A stretch of 64,000 nucleotides of DNA, taken from NCBI GenBank assembly GCA_022822495.1, contig JAJEBQ010000040.1:1905-65904 (forward strand). The letters are read 5' to 3'. Both the position numbers and the translations under genes were made by a program. Below are positions 10,199-20,250 of the stretch, in pieces. This stretch comes from Paracoccaceae bacterium. GTDB lineage: Bacteria > Pseudomonadota > Alphaproteobacteria > Rhodobacterales > Rhodobacteraceae. How positions within the stretch are numbered: position 1 is the first letter of the stretch; each line of letters opens with the position of its first letter. The notes beneath the pieces are model-generated. The model saw only the letters and a list, made by a program, of their open reading frames with translations. It was not told the DNA's origin and made no database searches.

Positions 10199-11116
10199 AT
10201 GAAAAACAAACAAATTATTGTTCTAGGTGTTTTTGTTGCTGATGCTGCATTCAGGGCCAATAGAATGCCAAAGATGGGCGAGACCCTTATCGGGAAAGAT
10301 TTTAAGTTGGGACCTGGAGGAAAGGGTTCCAATCAAGCAGTTGCAGCTGCACGCCTAGGCGCACCAGTTTCATTTATTTCAAAACTCGGTGAAGATGAAT
10401 TTGCCAAACTCGCGTTATCAACCTGGCAGAATGAAGGAATAACACCTCTGATACAGCGGGATAAGGATAATTTTACAGGTGCTGCTTTTATTTATGTTGA
10501 TGATAAACTTGGGGATAATGCCATAATAGTCGTTCCTGGAGCCGCACAAACGATTAGCAGCGATGATCTACGAAATTATAGTACTGAAATAGCCGATAGT
10601 TCAATTTTCATGACACAAATAGAAACACCGCTTGAGGCTGCGCATACAGGCCTTGCAATTGCCAAAAAAGCTGGCGTTACTACGATTTTTAACCCAGCAC
10701 CGGCAGTACCACTTCCACAAGGAGTTTTAGAGTTGTGTGACTATTTGACACCGAACGAAAGTGAAGCTTCCATTTTAACCGGAATGGAAGTGAATGATAT
10801 AGAAGATGCCAAGAAGGCTTCCGACAAACTTCGATCCATGGGGGGCAACAAAATAATTATCACTTTGGGAGAAAAAGGTGCCTTTTTTAACGATGGGGCA
10901 TCTTCCATGCACATACCATCAAAAAATATTGCCAAGGTTGTCGAAACAACTGGTGCAGGAGACAGTTTTTGTGGTGCGTTAGCTTACGCGCTTCTAAAAG
11001 AAATGGATCCAATTACAGCAACAGAGTTTGCCTGTACAGCTGCATCCATATCAGTCACAAGACCGGGGACAGCCCCTGCAATGCCAACTTTAGAAGAAGT
11101 TACACAATATCTGTAG
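10199..11116 (+). CDS. rbsK: Ribokinase / PfkB-family sugar kinase
   Basis: GPGGKGSNQAVAAARLG and the C-terminal TTGAGDSFCGALAYAL motifs of ribokinase. The ATG at 10199 is preferred over the TTG at 10187. Confidence 0.75.
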   Translation: MKNKQIIVLGVFVADAAFRANRMPKMGETLIGKDFKLGPGGKGSNQAVAAARLGAPVSFISKLGEDEFAKLALSTWQNEGITPLIQRDKDNFTGAAFIYVDDKLGDNAIIVVPGAAQTISSDDLRNYSTEIADSSIFMTQIETPLEAAHTGLAIAKKAGVTTIFNPAPAVPLPQGVLELCDYLTPNESEASILTGMEVNDIEDAKKASDKLRSMGGNKIIITLGEKGAFFNDGASSMHIPSKNIAKVVETTGAGDSFCGALAYALLKEMDPITATEFACTAASISVTRPGTAPAMPTLEEVTQYL

Positions 11117-11129
11117 GAAAAGGACCACA

Positions 11130-11744
11130 ATGACAGGGGACAAAACTCATCAGTATCACAGGCATTTACCGGAAGATCCAGAATATTCCGCAGAAAAGTT
11201 ACAAGAATTGTTAACTGAAAAAGGATTGGTTGATGAAGAAACTCTTGATGAAATCGTAAACATCTATGAACATAAAATTGGCCCCCAAAACGGTTCCAGA
11301 GTTGTGGCAAAGTCCTGGGTTGATAAGGATTTTAAAAAGCTTCTTTTTGAAAACACCTCCGAAGCGATCAGCACACTTGGCTATGGAGGCAGGCAAGGAG
11401 AGCATATAGTAGCCGTAGAAAATTCCCCCGAGATTCACAACATGGTTGTGTGTACACTTTGCAGTTGTTACCCTTGGCCATTATTAGGTATCCCGCCCAA
11501 TTGGTACAAATCTGATTCTTATAGAAAGAGAGCTGTCAAGGAACCAAGGACAGTGCTCCATGAATTTGGTGTTGAACTTTTGAATGGTCAGAAAGTCAGG
11601 GTTTGGGACAGTACGGCCGAGATCAGGTACCTTGTTGTTCCCATGCAACCTGAAAAATCGTTGGGACTGAAAGAAAATGACTTGATTCCCTGGGTCACTC
11701 GGAATTCCATGATTGGAACCGGATTACCAACAAGGCCACTATGA
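11130..11744 (+). CDS. nthA: Nitrile hydratase alpha subunit, cobalt type
   Basis: Metal-binding claw VVCTLCSCYPWPLLG (Thr in CTLCSC indicates Co type), plus VWDSTAEIRYLVVP and VTRNSMIG. Confidence 0.85.
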   Translation: MTGDKTHQYHRHLPEDPEYSAEKLQELLTEKGLVDEETLDEIVNIYEHKIGPQNGSRVVAKSWVDKDFKKLLFENTSEAISTLGYGGRQGEHIVAVENSPEIHNMVVCTLCSCYPWPLLGIPPNWYKSDSYRKRAVKEPRTVLHEFGVELLNGQKVRVWDSTAEIRYLVVPMQPEKSLGLKENDLIPWVTRNSMIGTGLPTRPL

Positions 11745-12418
11745 AAAAGATTCACGACATGGGTGGACAAAACTGTACCGATCCACTGCCTTCAGAAAAT
11801 GATAAAGCATTCGAAAAAGAATGGCACAAGACGGTTTTATCTTTAACCTTAGCGGTTGGTGCTCTAGGTCAATGGAACATTGATAGATCAAGATATTTTC
11901 GTGAACAGCTCCCTCCAGAAGATTATCAGAAATTTACATATTATGAAAAATGGCTCGCTGCCCTAGTCAATCTACTTGTGGACAGCGGTTTGATACAAGA
12001 ATCCGAATTGATCAACTTCAAAAGCAATGAGGCAATAACACCGCATTCGGGTATAACCAGTTCTGTCATGAAAAAAATGATTGATAATGGTGACCCTAGT
12101 GTGTGTGATGTCCAAGAGAGCAAACAAGTATTTGCAATCGGTCAAATGGTTAAAACAAGACAAGAGTCCTGCAACCCTTTTCTTCAAGGAGGACATACAA
12201 GGTTGCCGGCTTACTCATCAGGATTACAAGGCAGGATCGTTTCTTTTCACGGGTTTCATCGATTGCCTGACAGCCATGCCCATTACTTCGGCCCGAACCC
12301 TGAACCCCTGTACACCGTTACATTCAAAGCAAATACACTTTGGGGTAATGGTGTCGAGTTTCCAAATGATGAAGTAAACTTGGATCTTTGGCACAGTTAT
12401 CTGGAACCGCTCAACTAA
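11741..12418 (+). CDS. nthB: Nitrile hydratase beta subunit
   Basis: MKKIHDMGGQ N-terminus, WHKTVLSL...YYEKWLAALVNLL. The ATGA start/stop overlap with nthA indicates translational coupling. Confidence 0.85.
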   Translation: MKKIHDMGGQNCTDPLPSENDKAFEKEWHKTVLSLTLAVGALGQWNIDRSRYFREQLPPEDYQKFTYYEKWLAALVNLLVDSGLIQESELINFKSNEAITPHSGITSSVMKKMIDNGDPSVCDVQESKQVFAIGQMVKTRQESCNPFLQGGHTRLPAYSSGLQGRIVSFHGFHRLPDSHAHYFGPNPEPLYTVTFKANTLWGNGVEFPNDEVNLDLWHSYLEPLN

Positions 12419-12511
12419 AGATTGTGTTCATTCCTATTTGTATAACTTTGAAATTTGAAAGTCCTTGTTTACATTTATAAAATTATCCTTAAGTGCTAAG
12501 GGAATTTTTTA

Positions 12512-12601
12512 GGAGAGGTGGCCGAGTGGTCGAAGGCGCACGCCTGGAACGCGTGTAGGCGGGGAACCGTCTCCAGGGTTCGAATCCCTGTCTCTCCGCC
12601 A
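12512..12601 (+). tRNA. tRNA-Ser (anticodon GGA), CCA encoded
   Basis: Manual cloverleaf fold: acceptor GGAGAGG/TCTCTCC, anticodon arm CACGC-CTGGAAC-GCGTG, long variable arm, T-loop GGTTCGAATCC. Confidence 0.9.
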
Positions 12602-12758
12602 TTTGAAGAATTTATACACACAATCTGTTCCAGAATTCTTTATTTTGAGTAAGGTCTTACGGATCACGATACAGAATTTGGCGGTGCTGTCCCGAAAAAT
12701 AAATTATTTATTCAAACTCCCAACATTAATTGAAACCGGTTGATTTAACTGCTTCCAA

Positions 12759-15083
12759 TTAGGTAAGTTTGTTCATCCACCAAGCAGCAAGTGGTCTCAT
12801 GTTCAAAATGGCACGACAAGTCAGTTTTCCCTTATCAAAAGCGGCTGGGGTTTGAAAGACAAGGTTTCTTCGAACATGCAATTCACGATACAAGGCCTTG
12901 CGTAAATGTTCGGCCTCATCAAATAATTCCCATTCCTCCAACTGTGCAGCGAAACTAAAATTGAAACCAGGTTGGATTTCCTTCGTTTGAAAACTGGTAT
13001 CATTCTGGTGGGGAAGTGCCGCAATAGCTTCTGGTGAAATTCCGGCTAGTGAGACAGCACCCTCACCACCCCCTTCAGACAGAAAGTTATGCTCAAAAAT
13101 GCTTTTTAATGCGGTTCTCGCATTATCTATTGGCACAATGTTACCAAGCCCCAAACGACAAGCAAGAAAAGGACCTAAAAGTTGCTCTATAAAGCAGGCA
13201 TCAGAAAAATGACCATCCGTATCTACTCTGTACCAATAACCATTGAATAATTTGTCGTTATAAGCTTGTTTCGCTTGATTAGCCAACCTGTTCCACCGGT
13301 TTGACAAATCGTGTTGATCTGCTTCTTTTGCCAACTCAGAGGCAGCAAGCAAGGCAGCTATCCAAAGACCCCCACAATAACTTGATGCGCCTAGCATGGG
13401 GATATTATCAAAGGTTTGATCAGGTATACCCTCATTTTCAATTAACCCGTCTCCATCTTGATCAAAAACCTGTAAATATTCAATGGCAGATCGAACCGCG
13501 GGAAACCTTTTTACCCTCCAATCCTTACCCATTTCCTTACCCTCACGAAATAGACAGAGTATGAGGTCACAATTCAAATCCTTCCAAATTGTTGCGTCTC
13601 TGTAAGTATAGGAGTTGGCTGAATAAAATGGATCTTCGCCTGGTCCTCCCAAATCGTGTGGGCAAGAGTGCTTGGGATTAACCTGAAACAGATTTTTATC
13701 CCAGCGGTGACATCGAAAGCTATTGTCGACTGATAATAAATGATCTGCATAATCACTCGCTACACTTGCAGCAAGTTCGGGGAAGAAATTTGCTACAGCC
13801 TCTGCAGCATAAATCCAAAGATCCAAAGTGTTGTATAAGGCATAATCATGACACTCTATAATCCCGAAATGATGTTTTTGCTCGGGTGAATTTTCAGGAG
13901 TAGCAAAAACGGTAAACCCATCGACGAGGAAGTAGGATTCATTAATGACAACACCTGCCCTATGAGGTTTATTGCCAAACTTATTAATGATGGCATCATG
14001 CCAACTTGATATTTGACTTTCCCATACCTCAGCTGAAGAAAAGGCTAATTCAGTTAGGGCTTTTGAATTTTTCCCGTTTCGTCCCCACTCATTTGTATAG
14101 TACCTGTACCATTTGCGACCTTGACCAAAGGTAATTTGAGGCAAATCCCAAACCAAAGTCATGGTGATTATTTTTTCTTCTCCTGGTTTCAGTTCTGTTC
14201 TGGCACAAACTGCAGCTGTGGGATGACTAGGTGGAGTTTCTCGGAAACCACTTTCAGACAGCCATCCGTCACCGAGGTTGGGAGCATCACCGTTCTTAAG
14301 GAAAGGGCGCCAAAAAATTTCTCCATCACCCGTACCGTCAAAGCAGATTGTCTTGGACAATATTAGATCTTCATCGGAACGAATAGCAATACCCCATTCA
14401 CCTGTTCCTTCAGGTGGTATATCCCCAACCCGTCTCCGGTTAAGTATAATTCCTTCACCAAATTCCGTATTCATCGGTTGATTAAAGCAACCCGCTTCAA
14501 CGCGTTCTGGACAATCTTCCCGAAAGTCTCCAAACCAACCATTCATATTCGCAAAGTGAAACCCGAGTGACACCTCTGCATCGGTTTGTCCTTTGTTTCT
14601 TAGCCGCCACCGAAATACGGCTAATGGTAAAGTTGCACTGCGCAAATCACCTGCAATGACAGGTGAAAACGATAAACATTCAGGAACAATATAGTCTACC
14701 TCCTCATGTTTGTGCCATGCCAACGGAAATAAACCGTTCCATGCAGGTGAATTGGATTCGAAACTGAATGATGCCAGTTCTTTAGACCGGGGTGTAGGTT
14801 GCAAGGCACGGGCTTTGGGAGTTTTTTCCTCACGCTTAACACGAAGAACAAAACCGTTGGCAGGTAGATCAAAGGCCTTTACACCACCTCCTTTTAGAGT
14901 CCAGCGAGCAAATCTTCCATCCGATGAACGAGTTATACCACCAGTACCTATTCCCCCAAGCGGAACTCCTGTGGCTGAAAGTGGTGGAAACAGGCAGTCA
15001 ATTTTGCGTTCAGAAGCTACCAATTTATGCTTTGGAGGCCGAAATAAAGCTGATACGGGCGCAACAAAGGGATCATTGCGCAT
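12759..15083 (-). CDS. GH116-family glycoside hydrolase (GBA2-type beta-glucosidase / glucosylceramidase-like)
   Basis: 774 aa. The N-terminal GVPLGGIGTGGITRSSDGRFARWTL motif and the long (alpha/alpha)6-type C-terminal domain are characteristic of the GBA2/GH116 family. Confidence 0.7.
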   Translation of the reverse strand: MRNDPFVAPVSALFRPPKHKLVASERKIDCLFPPLSATGVPLGGIGTGGITRSSDGRFARWTLKGGGVKAFDLPANGFVLRVKREEKTPKARALQPTPRSKELASFSFESNSPAWNGLFPLAWHKHEEVDYIVPECLSFSPVIAGDLRSATLPLAVFRWRLRNKGQTDAEVSLGFHFANMNGWFGDFREDCPERVEAGCFNQPMNTEFGEGIILNRRRVGDIPPEGTGEWGIAIRSDEDLILSKTICFDGTGDGEIFWRPFLKNGDAPNLGDGWLSESGFRETPPSHPTAAVCARTELKPGEEKIITMTLVWDLPQITFGQGRKWYRYYTNEWGRNGKNSKALTELAFSSAEVWESQISSWHDAIINKFGNKPHRAGVVINESYFLVDGFTVFATPENSPEQKHHFGIIECHDYALYNTLDLWIYAAEAVANFFPELAASVASDYADHLLSVDNSFRCHRWDKNLFQVNPKHSCPHDLGGPGEDPFYSANSYTYRDATIWKDLNCDLILCLFREGKEMGKDWRVKRFPAVRSAIEYLQVFDQDGDGLIENEGIPDQTFDNIPMLGASSYCGGLWIAALLAASELAKEADQHDLSNRWNRLANQAKQAYNDKLFNGYWYRVDTDGHFSDACFIEQLLGPFLACRLGLGNIVPIDNARTALKSIFEHNFLSEGGGEGAVSLAGISPEAIAALPHQNDTSFQTKEIQPGFNFSFAAQLEEWELFDEAEHLRKALYRELHVRRNLVFQTPAAFDKGKLTCRAILNMRPLAAWWMNKLT

Positions 15084-15332
15084 CTAACAAACTTTCCAAC
15101 ATTATTATCTTAGCATCAAATTCTAAATTTCGAATTACCATGAACCGGAAGAGTCTATTCAGGCAAAGCTACCAATATACAAATGAATAAATTATTGCCT
15201 AATTTAAGTCAAGGAAGTGGTGATGCTGGAAAACTCGAACGGTTCAAACAAATTAGACCTCAGACCATCATGGCTTAACTTCTCAGTTTAACCATTCCAA
15301 GGGCACCCTATAAAACTCTCCAACGGAAGAAT

Positions 15333-15357
15333 ATGGGGATTGTTGTAGAATCCCCAT
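15333..15357 (-). terminator. Hairpin downstream of the peroxiredoxin gene (9-bp stem ATGGGGATT/AATCCCCAT, 7-nt loop)
   Basis: Read directly. It starts 21 nt after the prx stop and is followed on the minus strand by ATTCTTCC. See also the finding on its identity with the termini of the NYN cassette. Confidence 0.45.
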
Positions 15358-15377
15358 GCTATCGGGATTAAATCGAA

Positions 15378-16034
15378 TTAGTTTGGTTGCTTGGTCTTGC
15401 GCAGGTATGGAAGCACAGATTCAAAGTCACCAAATCGCTCTTTTGCATCCTCATTCGATACCGCTGGTGTAATTATAACATCTTCACCCTGCTTCCAATT
15501 TGCGGGCGTTGCGACTTGATGATTGATGGTAAGTTGGATAGAATCAAGCACACGTAGCAACTCATCAAAATTACGACCAGTTGTCATCGGATAAGTAAGC
15601 GACAACTTTACTTTCTTATCTGGTCCAATAATAAAAACTGAGCGAACAGTGGCATTATCTGCTGGGGTACGCCCTTCCGAAGTTGAACCCTCGGATGCAG
15701 GTAACATATCATACAACTTTGCCACTTTTAATTCTTTATCTCCAATCATTGGATAGGACACCTTGTTTCCAGAAAACGCTTCGATATCTGATTTCCAACG
15801 GTGATGGTCCTCGACCGGGTCTACCGAAATTCCAATAATTTTGGCATTTCGCTTGGCAAATTCTTCCTTCATTCCAGCCATAACCCCCAATTCGGTTGTG
15901 CATACAGGGGTAAAGTCCTTGGGATGTGAAAACAGGACTGCGTATCCATCTCCAATCCATTCATGGAAATTAATCTTTCCCTCAGTTGTATCTATAGTAA
16001 AATCCGGAGCAGTGTCATTAATTCGAAGTACCAT
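15378..16034 (-). CDS. 1-Cys peroxiredoxin (Prx6-like)
   Basis: SHPKDFTPVCTTEL peroxidatic Cys motif. 218 aa, a typical Prx6 length. Confidence 0.85.
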   Translation of the reverse strand: MVLRINDTAPDFTIDTTEGKINFHEWIGDGYAVLFSHPKDFTPVCTTELGVMAGMKEEFAKRNAKIIGISVDPVEDHHRWKSDIEAFSGNKVSYPMIGDKELKVAKLYDMLPASEGSTSEGRTPADNATVRSVFIIGPDKKVKLSLTYPMTTGRNFDELLRVLDSIQLTINHQVATPANWKQGEDVIITPAVSNEDAKERFGDFESVLPYLRKTKQPN

Positions 16035-16106
16035 AAGTCTTCTCTCCTTTTGAGATTTAAAATTCAGTCTAGTATATGAGATTTAATTGATTTATTTCCA
16101 ATGGTA

Positions 16107-16820
16107 CTAACCAATAAATAGATTGACTCGCCTGTTGTTCCGACCTTTTTTCTCAATTTTACCCAACCTTATCGCTCCAATTTCAACCGTGGAATTTACA
16201 TGTGTACCCCCGCAAGGTTGCAAGTCGACATGATCTGTGAATGATCCAATTCTTACCAAGCGTACTTGACCGGCTCCCGTGGGAGGCTTTACCGACATGG
16301 TTTTGACCAGTTCCGGCTTTTGAGCCAATTCCTCTGAACTAATCCATTCAAAGGTAACTGGCAAATCCCTGGTGATCAACTCATTCAGCTTATTCTCCAC
16401 CTTTTCTTTATCTTCAAGAGGATCAGGCATATCAAAATCCAGCCTTCCCTTTATTGTTGATATAGAGCCACCAGTAACCGGTAAAGGAATAACCACCGAA
16501 AGCAGATGCAATGAGGTATGGATCCTCATATGGATGTACCTTCTTTCCCAATCCAGTTTCTGGTGTACCACATCTCCCTTCACAGGACTAGCTGAATTCT
16601 CCGCTAGAATAACTTCAATTCCGTCTGTTTCAAATTTCTTGACATCCACTATCTCAACAGTTGTCCCATTCCAAGAAATAGTTCCTAAATCATTGGGTTG
16701 GCCGCCGCTGGTCGCATAAAATATCGTCTGATCAAAAACAATACCTCCATTAGGCCCAATTTCTGTAACTTTGGCCTCAGTTTCTGTTGTATACGGTTCT
16801 GCCAGATAAATCTTTTTCAT
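16107..16820 (-). CDS. alaX: Alanyl-tRNA editing protein AlaX-type (Thr/Ala-tRNA synthetase second additional domain)
   Basis: Zn-binding editing motifs HTSLHLL and CGGTHV. 237 aa. Confidence 0.75.
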   Translation of the reverse strand: MKKIYLAEPYTTETEAKVTEIGPNGGIVFDQTIFYATSGGQPNDLGTISWNGTTVEIVDVKKFETDGIEVILAENSASPVKGDVVHQKLDWERRYIHMRIHTSLHLLSVVIPLPVTGGSISTIKGRLDFDMPDPLEDKEKVENKLNELITRDLPVTFEWISSEELAQKPELVKTMSVKPPTGAGQVRLVRIGSFTDHVDLQPCGGTHVNSTVEIGAIRLGKIEKKGRNNRRVNLFIG

Positions 16821-16837
16821 AAACCAACTTTCATTAT

Positions 16838-19225
16838 TTATTTACTTGTTTTGATATTGATATGATCATTTCTCAGCCAAATATCCCTTTGAGAGAAGGG
16901 AATTTCGATTCCTTCCTCTTCGAAGCGCTTGGCGATAGTGACATTTAACTCAGATCTTGCACTGATCATGAAATTAACATCTGTCAACACGGCTCGAACA
17001 TCAAACTCTAGAGCATCAGCACCAAACCGCATAAAGGCCACACTTGGAGCCGGGTCATCAGAAACGGCGGGGTGTTCGGTGGCGATCTCCAATAGAATCT
17101 CTTGTACCTTACTCACATCCGATCCATAAGCCACACCAACTGGTAATATTATACGCCCAATTCGTGTTCCCAGGGTCCAGTTTTTAACGGCAGTCGCCAT
17201 TAAATCTTTGTTGGGAACGACGACTTCGGCGCGATCAAAGGTTTCAATTGTTGTTGATCGCACTGAAATTTTACGAACGGTACCTGAAGTTGAACCAACT
17301 TCAATCCAGTCACCTTCTTTGATCGGTCGTTCGAAAAGAAGGATGAGACCGGATATAAAATTGGAAACGACCTCCTGTAAACCAAAACCGATACCAACGG
17401 ATAAGGCCCCAATTACTATGGCAAGGTTGGTTAAATCAATTCCAGCAAGTGAAATCGCAACCAAAAAGGTAAGCCCTACTCCACAATAACTGACAATTTT
17501 AAGAGCCGAAGATTTTAATCCTTGGTCCATCTTGGTATGAGGGAAAACATATTGGTTCAAAATGACTTTACCAATGCGAGTCAGCAAATATCCAATTATC
17601 AGGACCATGAGGAATATCCAGACAACCTGTAAGGAAATCAACTGACCACCAACTTCTACCCCTTGGACGGCACTGTTCCAGAAAAAAGCGATCTCCTCTT
17701 GGCTATAGCCCCAGGAAAACAAAAGTAATATGGCGAAGGCGATGGTATCAATAAGCCCAATCAGGATGATAAAGGGGCCACTCCAACTATGCAGGATGTC
17801 GCTTCCTGTAATCTGGCACAACGCAAAATAAAATTTAATGAACACATTCATGGTAAACCAATACCCTGCGACGATCAGTAAGGTTGCCAACGTCGCCATT
17901 AATATGGTGTTAGCGCCTACAGTGAAACCTGCAGTACCAAATCCTATGGCGAGTATGGAAACAAACATCGAAAATCGTGCAAGTGCAGAAACCTGAAAGT
18001 TCAAGAACGATCGTGTTTCACCCTCAGAAGTTGTTTTGGGTAAATTATTTAGCATAACTCTGGCTGTGCGGTACAAAAGCACTCCACCAAGGATAATGAC
18101 AATATAGCTGAGAATAACATCAACTTCAGGCAAACTGCCTTGGAAATCCATAAACTCATTGAAAAAGACATCGAGTCCCAACACCCACCCAATAAAGAGT
18201 GACAAGCGGTAGATTTGGCTCTGCCATACCTGTGCTTTACCCTCTGAAGATTTTGATATGGTAAGCAAATACACCTCCTTGGCTAACCAATGCACGCCAA
18301 GTACGACAACCCCCAAAGAAAGCAGAGCATTAATCAGCAGTAAACTTTTGGCAAAAATTAACCCCGTCGAGACAATTGCCAGATAAAGGAGGTAAAGGCT
18401 GGCCAGAGGTAAAATCAATGTGTTGAAAACTGATATAAACCTTTCGAAAAATGGTTTCGTCTTGGGATCATCTTGATCAAGAAGTGGCAAAATAGTCCTG
18501 TTGACCACTCGCGTGCCAAAAAACATGATAAATATACTTGATAGAAGATAGATCAGGGTCAAACCAACACCTTGCCATGCCTGGGCTCTTTGGGCCTGAC
18601 TTCCAAGTGAAACTGACAATTCTTCACCCACATCACTGAAAAAGCTTCCAAAAAATATCAGTGCACCTTGCCAATTTGTAGGATTTAAGGGTGACGGACC
18701 AATCGAATAAAATCGTTCGTTACTCCGGGCCGACAGGATATGATTTATTTCATTGATCAAGGCCTTCGTTTCTTGTTGAACATCTCTTATCAGGCCATAT
18801 CGTCTTTCTGCTTCACTGAGATTGGCATTCAATTCTTCCAATAATTGATTTAAACTGGTTTGTTTATCAGTCGACGTCTGGCTTGCACCTTCAAGCGCTT
18901 CCAGCCGGCCTCTTAGCCTTGCCAGTTCTGCTTGTGTTGGCAGGAATTGATTTTGAGCACTATTTTTCCATTCCACCAATTGCGTTTGGAGATCAAGAAA
19001 TGCATCATCCGAGGCTGCCTGTCTAGCAACGACTTGTTCAGCCCGTGAAGAAAATTTAATCCAAGAATCTATATCAAACGAGATTTCCTCCTGTGCCGCA
19101 AGGTTGGATAACCACGCCGTTGAGAACCATATTGTCAAATTTAGAAGGATTAATACCTTTATGCAAAACCATCTTGTCATGGCTAAACTACTCAAATACA
19201 GTCGGAATACTTTTTGTCTTGCCAT
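16838..19225 (-). CDS. Large mechanosensitive channel, MscK/MscM-like (periplasmic coiled-coil, multi-TM region, MscS domain)
   Basis: The C-terminal MscS core reads GLQEVVSNFISGLILLFERPIKEGDWIEV...GTVRKISVRSTTIETFD. The start is set at the ATG at 19225, preceded by AAGGTGGA. An alternative ATG lies at 19180. The track start at 19309 would overlap the cysK-like gene by 122 nt. Confidence 0.75.
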   Translation of the reverse strand: MARQKVFRLYLSSLAMTRWFCIKVLILLNLTIWFSTAWLSNLAAQEEISFDIDSWIKFSSRAEQVVARQAASDDAFLDLQTQLVEWKNSAQNQFLPTQAELARLRGRLEALEGASQTSTDKQTSLNQLLEELNANLSEAERRYGLIRDVQQETKALINEINHILSARSNERFYSIGPSPLNPTNWQGALIFFGSFFSDVGEELSVSLGSQAQRAQAWQGVGLTLIYLLSSIFIMFFGTRVVNRTILPLLDQDDPKTKPFFERFISVFNTLILPLASLYLLYLAIVSTGLIFAKSLLLINALLSLGVVVLGVHWLAKEVYLLTISKSSEGKAQVWQSQIYRLSLFIGWVLGLDVFFNEFMDFQGSLPEVDVILSYIVIILGGVLLYRTARVMLNNLPKTTSEGETRSFLNFQVSALARFSMFVSILAIGFGTAGFTVGANTILMATLATLLIVAGYWFTMNVFIKFYFALCQITGSDILHSWSGPFIILIGLIDTIAFAILLLFSWGYSQEEIAFFWNSAVQGVEVGGQLISLQVVWIFLMVLIIGYLLTRIGKVILNQYVFPHTKMDQGLKSSALKIVSYCGVGLTFLVAISLAGIDLTNLAIVIGALSVGIGFGLQEVVSNFISGLILLFERPIKEGDWIEVGSTSGTVRKISVRSTTIETFDRAEVVVPNKDLMATAVKNWTLGTRIGRIILPVGVAYGSDVSKVQEILLEIATEHPAVSDDPAPSVAFMRFGADALEFDVRAVLTDVNFMISARSELNVTIAKRFEEEGIEIPFSQRDIWLRNDHINIKTSK

Positions 19226-20219
19226 CCATCCACCTTGGTACAGGTAATTCTTTCGAGAGCAAAAAATCCCTGTTGAATAATTTTGACTGGTACCTGGATC
19301 CATAGTCACATAGAATCGTGACTATTGTGTGTCCCGGTCCCATATCGTACGCCATTCGTACAGCACCTGCAACATTTATTCCTGAGCTCCCTCCGAGGCA
19401 TAAACCCTCATAAGCAAGCAAGTCAAATACTATCTCTAAAGCTTCAGAATCCTCAATTTGGTATGGGCAGTCTATCTTCAAACCTTCCAGGTTTTTAGTA
19501 ACTCTTCCCTGACCTATACCTTCCGTTATAGAAGTGCCCTCGGCTTTAAGTTCACCATGTGCATAATAATGATATAACGCCGCCCCCATTGGATCTGCCA
19601 GACCGATTTTTACTTTGGGATTCTTCGCTCTAAGGCCATCTGCAACTCCTGCCAACGTACCTCCAGTTCCGACAGCACATATGAAACCATCAACCTTCCC
19701 TTCCGTTTGATGCCAAATTTCTGGTGCTGTGGTTTCAAAATGGCCCCTTTTGTTTGCTATATTGTCAAACTGATTGGCCCAGACCGCACCATTCTTTTCA
19801 GTCTTGTTCAGTTCCCCTGCAAGTCGGTCAGAGTATTTGACGTAATTGTTTGGATCGCGATAGGGAACGGCCGGAACTTGAACCAAATCAGCACCTGCCA
19901 GGATCAGCATATCCTTTTTTTCTTGCGCTTGCGTTTCGGGAATAACAATAACCGACTTATAGCCAAGCGAAGCACCAACCAGGGAAAGACCAATCCCGGT
20001 ATTGCCAGCAGTGCCTTCAACTATGGTACCCCCAGGTCTCAAAGCACCAGTCTGCTCAGCATCACGGATAATCGCCAAGGCCGCTCTATCCTTGACCGAT
20101 TGACCTGGATTTAAAAATTCTGCCTTTCCCAGAATCGTGCAACCGGTTTCTTCTGACACCTTGTTAAGTTTGATTAAGGGAGTATTGCCGATAGAATCAG
20201 CAAGATTAGAGTAGATCAT
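19188..20219 (-). CDS. PLP-dependent cysteine synthase family protein
   Basis: IGNTPLIKL, the PLP-lysine context PGQSVKDRAAL, GTAGNTGIGLS, and GTGGTLAG. Confidence 0.75.
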   Translation of the reverse strand: MIYSNLADSIGNTPLIKLNKVSEETGCTILGKAEFLNPGQSVKDRAALAIIRDAEQTGALRPGGTIVEGTAGNTGIGLSLVGASLGYKSVIVIPETQAQEKKDMLILAGADLVQVPAVPYRDPNNYVKYSDRLAGELNKTEKNGAVWANQFDNIANKRGHFETTAPEIWHQTEGKVDGFICAVGTGGTLAGVADGLRAKNPKVKIGLADPMGAALYHYYAHGELKAEGTSITEGIGQGRVTKNLEGLKIDCPYQIEDSEALEIVFDLLAYEGLCLGGSSGINVAGAVRMAYDMGPGHTIVTILCDYGSRYQSKLFNRDFLLSKELPVPRWMDGKTKSIPTVFE

Positions 20220-20250
20220 CTTGTTGAATGAACCAAAAGAATAATAGTTG

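Noticed and set aside
19226-19309. Longest start of the mechanosensitive-channel ORF
   Set aside because: It would overlap the cysteine-synthase-family gene by 122 nt and has no Shine-Dalgarno sequence. The ATG at 19225 has AAGGTGGA upstream, and the signal-like hydrophobic segment follows it.
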